64,000 bases of DNA from Azolla caroliniana (taxonomy: Eukaryota > Plantae > Polypodiophyta). Both the position numbers and the translations under genes were made by a program. Positions 1 through 11,211 of this stretch are shown in pieces. A model generated the notes under the pieces. The model saw only the letters and a list, made by a program, of their open reading frames with translations, did not search any database and was not told where the DNA came from. The DNA lies in NCBI GenBank assembly GCA_043228905.1, contig JBHGNT010000011.1, positions 1,736,001 through 1,800,000 on the forward strand. Direction: 5' to 3'. Positions within the stretch are counted from its first letter, which is position 1. Every line of letters begins with the position of its first letter.

Positions 1-725
1 GTAGACGGCCGTCGAAACCGCTTCGGCCCAGTAGAACTTGGGCATGGTCTTCTCTTTCAGCATCGCCCGTGCCGCCTCCACAATTGACCTAATCTTCCTT
101 TCGGCCACACCGTTTTGTTTTGGTGTGTATCGGCAGTTGAATTCTCTTCAAATTCCCTTCTACTACAGATAACTGTTGAATTGGCCGGAAAAAAATTCTT
201 TTTCGCCATCCGACCGCAAGCACTTGATCCTCCTCTCTGTTTCCCTTGCCACAAGACTTTGCAGGTTCCAGAAACATTCGAAGACTTCACTTTTCTTCTC
301 TATGAGGTAGATCCATGTGTGGCGGTTGTAATCGTCGATGAAGGAGACGAAATATCAGCTCCCGCGAAGACTAATATTCTGTGTCGGTCCCCATACATCC
401 GAATGTATTAGATTGAGCTTGTTACGGCTCCGGTTTCTTTCCGTGGGGAATGAAAGTCGGTGTTGCTTCTCGACCTAGCAAGCAAGCCTCACAAATTTGG
501 GCCTTCCGGCCACTTAACTTCGACAATGCGAAAACAACCTGTTTTGATTACAGGCTTGAAGCCTCTAGTAATTGACGCGGCCAATCCACTTGTACCACAT
601 GTCAGGAATAGTACTAAAACAGAGAGAGAATTAGTACTAGAGAAGGGAAGTACTATTAGTACTAAGAGGACGGGACTGCATAAGACTCCCGAGAGAGAGA
701 TGGCGAGGACGAGAGAGAACTCCCA

Positions 726-756
<31 letters not shown>

Positions 757-2569
757 GATAACAGATGATATATTATGTGAAGGGTAAGTACAAAAGGGCT
801 ATGAGGCTTAAGACTGGCGTTGAACCAATTTGATTCAAAATAATGCCTAGTGCCTTCTTTTATAGTGTTCTTAGGAGTAATCTTGAAGCTTCTAGAATGT
901 TCTAGAGAAATCTGGAATATACATTAATTTCATATAATAAAATTTAAATGAAAGTAATATCCTACGTATTACAATAGATGGTATAATGGTCAAGAGCTTG
1001 ACCCATATAACATAAGGTCATGGGTTCGAGTCTTGCCATATCATGACACCACATGTTGATATCGGATTCGACCTTTTATCCTTTTGCGAACATAGCAGTG
1101 TCGACGTCGTTGGTGATGAGGATAAACATCCTCCCATACCGGTGCCCTTGCGCGATGATCCGACCTTCTGCCTCAATGAAGCACCTGAGGTGCGTAAACT
1201 GTACCTGCATCCCCTAGACAACGATCTTCCCGACCGACACTAGGTTCTTTGTGATTGTCAGAACATGTCGTACGTTCATCAACTTTCCCTTTTGTCCGAC
1301 ATGGCTTAAAGGAACTTCTCCGACATGCACAATCAGGTGAGGAGTGTCGTCTCCAGTTTTGACAACTCCCAGTTGCTTCGGTTTTTCCAAAAACAAGAGC
1401 CACTCTTCATGGATCGTCATGTGGTTTGATGCTCCGGAGTCAACATGCCACACTTCCTCCGATCCGGAAGTGTTCTTCTTCATCGAGTTCGCCTTGTGCT
1501 TCATCACAATAGTTGGCCCTTTTCTGGTCTTTCCGATTCCGAATCCTTCTAATCCTTCAGTGTAGTGCGACCTTTGCCAGCTCCCTTGTCCGGTCTTGCC
1601 GGATCCGGATTTATCCGAATCGGCACGCTTCTTTCAACACTCGCTCTCTCGGTGGCCTTTCTTGCCACAATACCAACATTCCATTTCGGCCTTCCGGCGT
1701 CGGTTTTCGGCGTCGCTTTGACTCTCCCTGCTTGTGGAGGGTCAGGAACTATTGTCGGCACTATCACTGTGCCTCCGATTCTGTTCTTGCCAGCCATTAC
1801 TATTGCGTGCCGATCCACCTCGTCCTCCACGCCCACAGGGCCGATCCGCCTCTGTGTACAACATCTGATTGTCTGACTGAGTGGTCTTTGACCCACTCGC
1901 GTGGTTTTCTTCGACCATCAGTATCAATTGCAGGTTGAAGAAGGAGGTTGGTTTCTCCCAAGTGCAAATCGTTGTCCGGATTGGCTCGTACTGATGTGCC
2001 AGAACACTGAGGCAGATTTGAACCATCTCGTCCTCGTCCACCATCACGTTGATGGAGCCAAGCACGTCGCAGATCTCCTTGATCTTGGTGGTGTAGTCGG
2101 TGACCGACATGTCCCATTCCCGAATACTATTGAGCTCTTGCCGGAGCTACAACTTCCGAACTGTGGTACTTGCGGTGAAAATCTTCCAAAGATTTTCCTA
2201 GGTCTCTTTCGGTGTTTTTGCATTCCGTATGTAGCCGAGCATCTGGTTGTGCACATAGGACGCGAGACAGTACAATACCATGCTCGCTCCTTGCTCCCAA
2301 ACCGGGAAGTCCTTGTGTGCCGAATTCGGCGCTGCTACATTCGCTCCTTCCACGTAGCTCCAATATCCGTGCCCCAGCAACTACTGGTGCATTTTATACG
2401 ACCAGGATGCATAGTTGCTCCGGTCAAGCTTTTCCGTAGGAAGTGAGCTCACCATACTTCTGTCCATACCTTCTGTTTTTTGTCTGTTATTTTATTGGTG
2501 ATTAGGGTTTTTTTCCGTTTCGAGCAGTTGTCAGCAACAAAGGTTCTCAACTCTCACACTCTGATACCA
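1..2569 (-). mobile_element. Ty1/copia element A, internal gag-protease-integrase region (degenerate; 3' part lies left of the window)
   Basis: Minus strand: tRNA-Met(i) PBS TGGTATCAGAG (2559-2569), gag start ~2467 (KLDRSNYASW...GHGYWSYV), zinc knuckle, protease VWHVDSGASNHMT, and integrase KCLRSDG...YTPKQNGVAE...FYWAEAV at 1-240. Many stops and frameshifts; interrupted by the solo LTR at 600-1048. Confidence 0.93.
600..1048 (-). repeat. Solo LTR of a Tcn1-like chromovirus family
   Basis: TG...CA termini and 5-bp TSD CCACA (595-599 and 1049-1053). Reverse complement closely matches LTR 10708-11137 (TGTCATGATATGGCAAGACTCGAACCCATGACC...). Confidence 0.93.
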
Positions 2570-2580
2570 TGTAAAGAATA

Positions 2581-3017
2581 TGTTGAGATACAAGCTCAAC
2601 ATTGGCCGGATCGGCTATGCAAGCCGAGAACCGGGTCGGTTGGGATCGATCAGTTAGGCCGGACTGGTGCATAAACCGGTGCGCAACGAGAAGTCGTAGC
2701 GGTGCGTAAACCGCGAGGCCGTTGGAAAGATATTCCGCATATGAATATATTTTGGGAGTTAGTGTAGAGCTCAGTTATGAGTATTGAAGTACGTGTCAGT
2801 ACTTCCGTCAGTCCATATGGACTTGTATAAAAGTGCTCACTGAGCACATCCTATGTAGAGACTGGGTATTATTTTTTGAATTGAGTTGTGTGTATGACTC
2901 TCTCTCTCTCTCTATGTGTGTCTGTCTCTCCCGCGTATTGTGTATATTCAAGCTCTCCATTAAACCTGCATTTTTGTGTTCGGTTTTCTATTGCTTCCGC
3001 ACGCTATTCTTTTTACA
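2581..3017 (+). repeat. 5' LTR of copia B
   Basis: Direct repeat of 6736-7189; contains TATA-like GTATAAAA and a (CT)n tract; followed by the PBS. Confidence 0.95.
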
Positions 3018-3106
3018 TGGTATCAGAGCGTGAGGGTTGAGAACATCTGTAGCCAACCTTAGCTCAAAGAAGAAAACCTAACCTTCGTAAAGAACAGGAA
3101 AACAAA

Positions 3107-6100
3107 ATGGATAGAGCCATGGCTAGCTCGCTTCCAATAGAGAAGCTCGACAGAAACAACTACGCGTCTTCGTCTTACAAGATGCACCAGTACCTGCTCG
3201 GGCACGGTTACTAGAGCTACGTCGATGGAACAAATGACACAGCACCCGATTCGACACACAGAGATTTACCAGCGTGGGAACCGTCGGCGAGCAGAGTCCT
3301 CTATTGCTTTGCGTCCTGTGTGGGTGAACAACTTCTAAGCTACATTCGGGATGCGAAAATGCCGAAAGATGCTTGGGGAAATCTGAAGAAGATTTTCGCT
3401 GCAAGCACCACAACTAGGAAGCTTCAAATTCGATAGGACCTGAGCAACTTACGACAACGCGACTTGTCCGTGGCTAATTACACCTCGAAGATCAAAGAGA
3501 TATGCGACTCCTTAGCCTCTATCGATGTGAATGTCGAGGAAGGCGAGATGGTGCAAATCTGTCTCGGGGGACTAGCATCGAAGTTCAGAGCGTTCCGAAC
3601 TGTTGTGTGTACACGGGAGAATATGCCGTCGTTTTTCGACCTACAGTTGATGCTCCTCATAGAGGAGAACCATGTGGGTGCGTCGACGACCACGCATGCC
3701 GACAGCAAGATGTTGTACACAGAGGGAGATAGGCCCCGTGGTCGTGGCGGACGAGGCGAGTCGGTGCGCAATGGAAGCGGCCGACGAGACCGAGGAAGGA
3801 GGCACCGAAGTGATGCTAACAGCGATTCCGGACCCTCCAAAACTAGGGGGAGTCGAGGCGACGAGAACCGACAAGGGAAATCCGCCGCGGAATGCTGGTA
3901 TTGTGGCAAGAAAGGCCACAAGGAGAGTGAGTGCTGGAAGAAGTGCGCCGATTCAAAGAGGACCAAATCCGGATCAAGTTCCAGACAAACCAACAAGGGT
4001 AATCGGCATCGATCGCACTACACCGAAGGATCCGGAAAAGCCGAAAAAGGGTTAGTCTTCGTGATGAGACATGAAGCAAACACGATGAAGAAGTCCACCC
4101 TGACATCAGACGAGGTGTGGTACGTCGACTCCGGCGCATCAAACCACATAACGTGCCACAAGGAGTGGTTCTCATACCATGAGAAACCGATGCAACCGGG
4201 TCGCAACCGGAGAAGACACTTTGCATTCGATCGCGAATGTTGGTGAAGTTCCCCTGAGCCCTGTCGGGCAGAAAGGGAAACTCATGAACGTGTTACACAT
4301 TCCAACAATCACGAAGAACCTGGTGTCGGTCGGACAGATCGTCGACCAGGGGATGCAGGTTCAGTTTACGCATCTCTGGTGCTTCATCGAGGAAGAAGGC
4401 CAAGTTATTGCGCAAGGAAGAAAGATCAAGTGCATGCGGTCAGATGGCGGAAAAGAGTACTTTTCCGGTCAATTCAACGAGTATCTGCAACATATGGGAA
4501 TTCGGCGCGAATTCAGTTGCAGATATACGCCGGAGCAAAACGGTGTGGCCGAAAAGAAGAATCGGTCGATTGTAGAAGCGGTGCGGGCAATGCTGGAAGA
4601 AAAGAACTTGCCCAAGTTCTATTGGGCCGAGGCGGTATGAACCGCGGTGTACATCCAAAATCGGATTAGAGACAAAGTGTCAATGCATGAGCTGTATTTC
4701 GGAAGGAAGCCGAATCTATGACACTTGAGAGTTTTCGGCAGCATTGCGTATGTGCATCTACCGAAGGAGAAACAGAGGAAGTTGGACGCGAAAGCTGACA
4801 AATGTATCTTAGTCAGCTATTCGGACGAACAAAAGGGTTATAAGTGTTATAACCCCCGAACCAAACAAGCTCGTGTGAGCCGCGATGTTGTGTTTGACGA
4901 GTCCGCATCCTGGTACTTGCCTCTGACTCCGACCTCAACTCCAACTCCGGATCTCCGGACCCGAGTTCTGACAATGAGGTCAGTGAGGCTGAAATGCCTC
5001 TGGATGACCGCGAAATCAAGACCCTCGATGAGAGTCCGATTTCATTTCGGCTAAGTGGACCGTACAAGCGACTGGATCGGCTTGACCAGTCCGAAGAAGA
5101 GCCAACAAGTAGTGGAGACTCAGCCATGCATTCCCCACGCAGGAAGCCGAGGAGATGGCTTGTGCGCAAGGAAAAAGGGAAGAAGAAGGTGTCGGATTAC
5201 GACACGGATAGGAACGAGTCGGATTGACACAAGTCCGACTACGAGGGAAGTGATGACGGGTCTTCGAGAGTGAAGTCTGTGTCGGCCAAGAAAGCCTCAA
5301 CATCGGCTAATGAGCAATTACGCCGATCTACCTGCCAGAAGAACCTTGTTGTGCGGTTCGGATACAACGAGTACATGGCGCATCACTATGCGTACATGAC
5401 CCGTGTCACGGAAGTGCGTGAGCTAGAGAGCTACGCAGAAGCGGCGAAGGACACGAATTGGCATGCCGCAATGGAGGAAGAGATGCGCGCATTAGCGGAA
5501 AATGAAACCTGGACCTGGTTGACGCACCGAACGGTGTGAAGCCGATCGGATGTAGATGGGTGTACAAGGTCAAGTACAACACCGACGGCTCGGTCAACCG
5601 ATACAAGGCCCGATTAGTAGCGAAAGGCTACGCGCAACAACACGGCATCCGGTGTGTGCAACGCGTATTGCGGTACGTAAGCGGCACTAACGACTGGGGG
5701 CTACTATATCGGACCGGTACATCCCCGTAGTTGGTCAGCTACACCGATGCCGACTGGGCCGGCAACATCATCGATCCTCGATCCAAGTCTGGTTTTGCGT
5801 TCTCTCTTGGGAGTGTCGCAATCGCATGGAGTAGCAAGAAGCAACCGACAGTTGCGCTGTCGAGCAGTGAAGCCGAGTATAGAGGAACGGCTATCGCGAC
5901 ATGCGAAGCCATATGGTTGAAGCGGCTAGTTAAGGATCTGCAGGTGGAGGTATCCAATCCAACGACAATCTACTGCGACAACCTCACCAACATCTAGCTA
6001 GCAAAGAACCTCATCTTCCATGCCCGGACTAAGCACATTGAGGTGCACTACCATTTCGTCCGTGAGCATGTCCTCTCCGGTGAAGTCGAACTTCAGTATG

Positions 6101-6741
6101 TTCTGACGGATCGGCAAACCGCCGACATCTTCACCAAGCCTCTTGGTCTGGACAAGTTGCGGCAATTCTCGGGTGCGCTTGGGTTGCGTCACCTCGACGT
6201 GTCAAACTTGAGGGGGACAGACGTCCCGAATGACCACGGAAGTGGGAGAGAAGTTCCGGAAGACCACGATGTCGAGTCAGATGACGAATTTGATTTCGGA
6301 TTGGCTGAAGCCGAGGGCGGATCCGCGGAAGATTCCGAAAGCGGACATAAGGGGAGAAGTCGAAAGAAAGAGCCGAAACCAACCAAGTGTGGGGGAGACG
6401 AAGCCATCAATGGCAAGAAGACTGAAGACGAGTTGGAGTCAACCAACTCGGACGAAAGCGAAAACCGATCGGAGGAAGCTTAGTCGGTTCGGATGTTTGA
6501 TTTGGATACGCCGAATCAACTGAGAGCCAAGCGGAAGAGAAGGAAGCAGAAGAAGCGCCAACACCACAACAACAACGGAGCTGAGAAGGGCCGCACGAGC
6601 ACGCAAGCCGACCGCGAGGGTCGAGGCACGTGGAATCGAACAGGTCGACAACCGCGAGCAAGGCGTGAAGCTAGAAGGAATCAGAGCGTAGATCCAGAAG
6701 AACGGATGGAATCTCAAGTTGAGCTTGAGGGGGAGTGTTGA
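3107..6741 (+). pseudogene. Copia B gag-pol pseudogene (gag, CCHC knuckle, protease, partial integrase, RT remnant, RNase H, charged tail)
   Basis: Motifs CWYCGKKGHKESEC, WYVDSGASNH, RSDGGKEY...PEQNGVAE, RYKARLVAKGYAQQ, YTDADWAG...SSEAEY, HIEVHYHFVRE. Multiple stops and frameshifts; RT core missing. Confidence 0.92.
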
Positions 6742-7062
6742 GATACAAGCTCAACATTGGCCGGATTGGCTGTGCAAGCCGAGAACTGGATCAGTTGGGA
6801 TCGATCGGTTAGGCCGGACTGGTGCGTAAACCGATGCACAGACCGGTGCGCAACGAGAAGCCGTAGCGGTGCGTAAACTGCGAGGCCGTTGGAAAGATAT
6901 TTCGCGTAGGAATATATTTTGGGAGTTAGTGTAGAGCTCAGTTATGAGCATTGAAGTACGTGTCAGTACTTTTGTCAATCCGTATGGACTTGTATAAAAG
7001 TGCTCACTGAGCACATCCTATGTACAGACTGAGTATTATGTTTTGAATTGAGTTGTGTGTAT

Positions 7063-7104
<42 letters not shown>

Positions 7105-7189
7105 GCATACTATGTATATTCAAGCTCTCCATTAAACCTGCATTTCTGTGTTCGGTTTTCTATTGCTTCCGCACGATATTCTTTTTACA
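6736..7189 (+). repeat. 3' LTR of copia B
   Basis: Direct repeat of 2581-3017 with a short internal duplication and a longer (CT)n tract. Confidence 0.95.
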
Positions 7190-7611
7190 GAATAGCGTGC
7201 AAAAGCTTGTAGACAAACCAACTCACCCAGATTACAACAATAAAACAGAGAATGAAAGCTTAAGAATAAAAAATACACAAGAGAGACAGAGAGAGCAGAA
7301 AGCATAAAATCAATTCAAAATAATAACGCTCTATACATAGAATGTGCTCCGAGAGCACTTTTATACAAGTCCATACACGCATTGACAGAAGTACTAACAA
7401 GTACTTCAATGCTCATACGAGCGACTGACACTGACTCCTAAAATTATGCCTACGTACTAGGCTAGATTCGTAGGCCCCTACCGGTTCCAATCCGATCCAG
7501 TTCCTGGTTCCAGATACCATCCGGAGACCGATCCGGTTCTTCGTTTTGAACTCTGATCCGGCTCTGGCTTGTTCCGTTGATCCGGATCCAGTGGAGCTTG
7601 TCCGCTCAACA
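7190..7611 (-). repeat. Main part of the 5' LTR of copia A (its last 11 bp are at 2570-2580)
   Basis: Ends CTCAACA (minus strand TGTTGAG). Homologous in reverse to the copia B LTR (GCACTTTTATACAAGTCCATA, AGTACTTCAATGCTCATA). Rejoins TGTAAAGAATA and the PBS across the GAATA TSD. Confidence 0.9.
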
Positions 7612-7897
7612 AAGGTTCATCATTGTATGATGATCCAGCCATACGAAAGTCGTATGGTATATCTGCAATCATGGGCATGTACTCTTTCTTCGGCAGCTTA
7701 TGGGCCATATCTACCACATCAATGCAATATAAATCACAGGTGATATCTTTTTTGTGGCTAAATTTCTTGAAAGTGCCGTCATCTTCAACGTTGTACGCTT
7801 TGATTAAGCGTCGGTCCTTTTCTTTACGTGCCCTTTCAAGGTGCGCAAGAAAGGAAGTGGGGAGGTCGTGTATATCTTTTACTTCTCCCGCCTTCTT
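7612..7897 (-). pseudogene. Fragment of a putative beta-class N4-cytosine/N6-adenine DNA methyltransferase
   Basis: Stop-free minus-strand frame of ~95 codons ending ...DLYCIDVVDMAHKLPKKEYMPMIADIPYDFRMAGSSYNDEP. It resembles the consensus lyxgDxlexlkklpdxsxDliitDpPYg (motif IV = DIPY). Cut by the copia A LTR. Motif recognition only. Confidence 0.5.
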
Positions 7898-9470
7898 ACA
7901 GGACCATCGAGAAGCGCAAGCATTGGAGTGGAAAAAGGTGATGCACCACAGAGAGAAGTTGTTGAAGAAATCGAAGCAATATATGTGTCTAATGATTGAT
8001 GGTATGGACCAAAAGAAGACGTGTATACCTCACTTTAGGCGGCTTCTAAAAGATGTGAACAATGAATATCTCATTTAGATGCAATTGGTGGGTTGTTTGG
8101 CTTATAATGGGATAGTTAAACCTCACGTCTTCATTACTTACCCTAATATTCATAACGGCCCTAACCTAACAGTTACTATGATTCAAAGGGTTATAATGAA
8201 TTGGGGGCACCCGTTGCCCCCTATTCTCTATATTTAATTGGACAACACTACTAGGGAGAACAAGAATTCAATTGTCTTCGGATATTTGAGTATGTTGGTA
8301 AAACAGGGTGTGTTTAGGAAAGTGAAAGTTAACTTCCTTTTGGTTGGTCACACACATGACCATATTGATCAAATGCTCAATGCATTCTCCAGGTAGTTGT
8401 CTTGATATGATGCGTTCACATTACCAAAGTTATTTGACATCATTTGTGATGCATATATGCCATGTCCGAATGCGGTCCACTTAAGGGAGATATACGACTT
8501 TAAGAGATACATAGTAGCTAGTGGGGAGAGGAATGTGAAAGTGTTAGCCCAATTGAACAATATTAGTTTCAATCACGTATTCTTGATAAAGAAAAATGAT
8601 ATAAGTGGTTGTACACTATTTCATGCAAAACAATATTCATCTTCCCCACACTGGGAGCCAGAAGGCGGTTGCTAGGTCTTGCTTCATATGTCATCTACTA
8701 TAGTTTATGGTGCTAAACAAATGCCGATTGAGACTAAAAAGGAAATGCACAGTGACTTGGTAGATGAACAAAGGAACTTCTAGATGCTAGCCTTACAAGA
8801 CAAAAGGAAGCACATTGATAATGCAAAGAAGTATGTTGGACCATAGGATACATCATGATGGGACTGTTCTTTAGCGATCAACAAGGAATTATTGATAATT
8901 CCTTCACTAGTATTTGGCCCTTGCAAATACCATTTACGTGGTGCATACAACACACACCTAATTCTGAAACGCCACCTCGTGCACCTAATGTAGATCATGA
9001 CAACTTGCTCCATCCACAACAAAGAGACATTTATGTGGGACAGAGGATGACAAAAGCAGCAGAAGCCCGTTGCCAAGGAAACACACAAGAAATAAAGGTT
9101 AGAATGTTAATTGCCACACCTACTGATGACAACGACCTAGGGCACCAATTCTGGATTGGTAAAGTATTGGATGTGGTGATGCATGAAAACCAAAATAAGA
9201 TAAAGTCTACAAAGGTGCATTGGTACAACACTAAAAGCAAGAATGCATTTACAGGCAAGTATACATTGAAGATGATGGAATGCCCAACATCAAGAGCAAA
9301 TAGAAAATGGAAAAGAAATATTCGTAACACATCGACCCTTGACATACAAGAGGTGGATATCATTACGTACGACTTTACACTAACAAAAGCTAGACATTTA
9401 AGGAAGTCAACAATAGACATAATAAAAGAGAAATTGTCAAGTCTACAAGGCTTCCCATATCGAAGGTGAA
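7898..9470 (+). pseudogene. Sola-like (DUF7869-type) DDD transposase relic, copy 1
   Basis: Motifs MIDGMDQKKT, LDNTTRENKN and FLLVGHTHDHIDQM read through in-frame stops; C-terminal domain FWIGKV...VHWY. Confidence 0.75.
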
Positions 9471-9929
9471 CCAAATCTTCTACACTTGGTTTTAGATGAA
9501 GACAATGCTTTGATTGGTACATTTGATGAGGAGGAGGATGAGTCACCATTGTATACTAGGCTCTATAGTAATGATTCTTATGAGAGGAATAACTCTTGAT
9601 TATATTTTTGACATGAATGGTTAACACTATAAGCTTGTAAGAACTCGAATGATATAAAGCTTAATTATTTTTAAATCAATCGCTCCTTGTGAATATAGTT
9701 TGTTATAAAAAACATGAGTTGTTAATTTTACAGTAAAAAACATGATGTAAATTTGTGACATTTGCCTAATTTTGTGAATAAACTTTTCCATTAAGTCTTT
9801 GAGCACATGTGATACTAGTATCACATTTTTTGTGAGATGGTTAAATAATCCTTGAAATCAAATGGAATATTCCTTATGCTTCCAATTGTGCGCAATCCTT
9901 CCACTTCTAAACGTGAACATGTTCTAAGC

Positions 9930-10340
9930 TATCTTGTCAAATCAAAGGAATTTGTCAGATTTTGCCGGCAACACGGCATTCAACATGAATATGCAACAAC
10001 TCCAATGCTCCGGACTGTCGGATGGCTTCTGGGTAGAAGCCCTACTTATGACAGTACACATAATCAATATGTCACCCAGTAGGCCTCTAAAACCTCAAAT
10101 ACCTCAAGAATTATGGACCGACAGGATGTCGAATTACAATAAGCCGAGGATTTTCGGATGCGTGACATATGCCCTTGTGCCAAAAGATGATTGCCGAAAG
10201 CTCGAATAGAGGTCCAAGAAATGCATTCTCCTTGACGTCGAAATTGGATACTGACTCTAGGACCCAGAGAATAGACAAATCGCCCGCCCAAAGTTCGAAC
10301 GTTGTCTTCAATGAATCGGTTGTGCATAAAATGGACGAAA
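9930..10340 (+). pseudogene. Degenerate Ty1/copia integrase fragment (different family)
   Basis: FCRQHGIQHEY, FWVEALLMTVHIINMSPS, RIFGCVTYALVPKDDCRKLE, SNVVFNES. Confidence 0.8.
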
Positions 10341-10707
10341 AGCCCATTGAAGTCCAAAGGGTCACGCCCTTGGAAGTGTTGGCCCTTCATGACAGTGTCG
10401 CGAAAATTCGTGTGCATGCGTGCTTCTCTCAAGCGGGACCATTGGGGTCTTGGACCGGGGTGGATGTTTGTGAACTTGTCGAAAAGAGGATGATGTCAAT
10501 GGAAGAGTCGAGGAAACCAATGCCACACTTGAAAAGATCAAAGGGATCTCCTTGTCGGAGCCTTCGAATCTTGTTTATCGTCATCCTAGTGATGTCGGTA
10601 TCTCCGAAACTAGCTTGAAACTCCTTAACAAATGCCTCAAAATCCTCCAACAACGGTGATTTCTTCTCGATAAGTGGTGCAAACCATGCTAATGTCGTAC
10701 CGCATAG

Positions 10708-11137
10708 TGTCATGATATGGCAAGACTCGAACCCATGACCTTAGGTTATATGGGTCGAGCTCTTGACCATTAGACCATCTATTGTAATACGTAGGATATT
10801 ATTTTCATTTACATTTTATTATAGGAAATTAGTGTATATTCCAGATTTCTCTGGAACATTCTAGAAGCTTCAGGATTACTCCTGAAAACACTATAAAAGA
10901 GGGCACTAGGCATTATGTTGAACCAAATTGGTTCAACGCCAGTCTTAAGCCTTTTAGCCACCGTTGTATATTCTCTTCATATAATAAATATCTTTCTTAT
11001 CATCACTCTCTCTCTCTCTCTCTCTTTCTCTCTGTCTCGCTCACTTCTTCCTTCTCTCGAAGAAGTTCCACACCTCTCATAGTACGAATCCTTCGTTTAG
11101 TACTAATTCCTTCTCTGTCTCAGTACTGTTCATGACA
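10708..11137 (+). repeat. 5' LTR of chromovirus A
   Basis: TGTCATGA...TCATGACA termini; TATA box CTATAAAA at 10891; palindrome GTTGAACCAAATTGGTTCAAC at 10917-10937. Confidence 0.96.
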
Positions 11138-11211
11138 GTTTGAACCAATTTTTTCTACCTTCTGTCTCTCTCATTTCCTACTAATCTTTTATTCCTCTTT
11201 TCTTTCATCCC

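Larger units (their letters stand above)
2581..7189 (+). mobile_element. Ty1/copia element B, internally deleted and non-autonomous, inserted in the 5' LTR of element A
   Basis: LTRs 2581-3017 and 6736-7189 (TGTTGAG...TTACA), TSD GAATA (2576-2580 and 7190-7194), PBS TGGTATCAGAGC at 3018-3029, PPT GAGGGGGAG at 6727-6735. Confidence 0.96.

Noticed and set aside
979-1040. Functional tRNA gene within the LTRs
   Set aside because: A and B boxes are present, but there is no proper acceptor or anticodon stem; reported only as tRNA-like.
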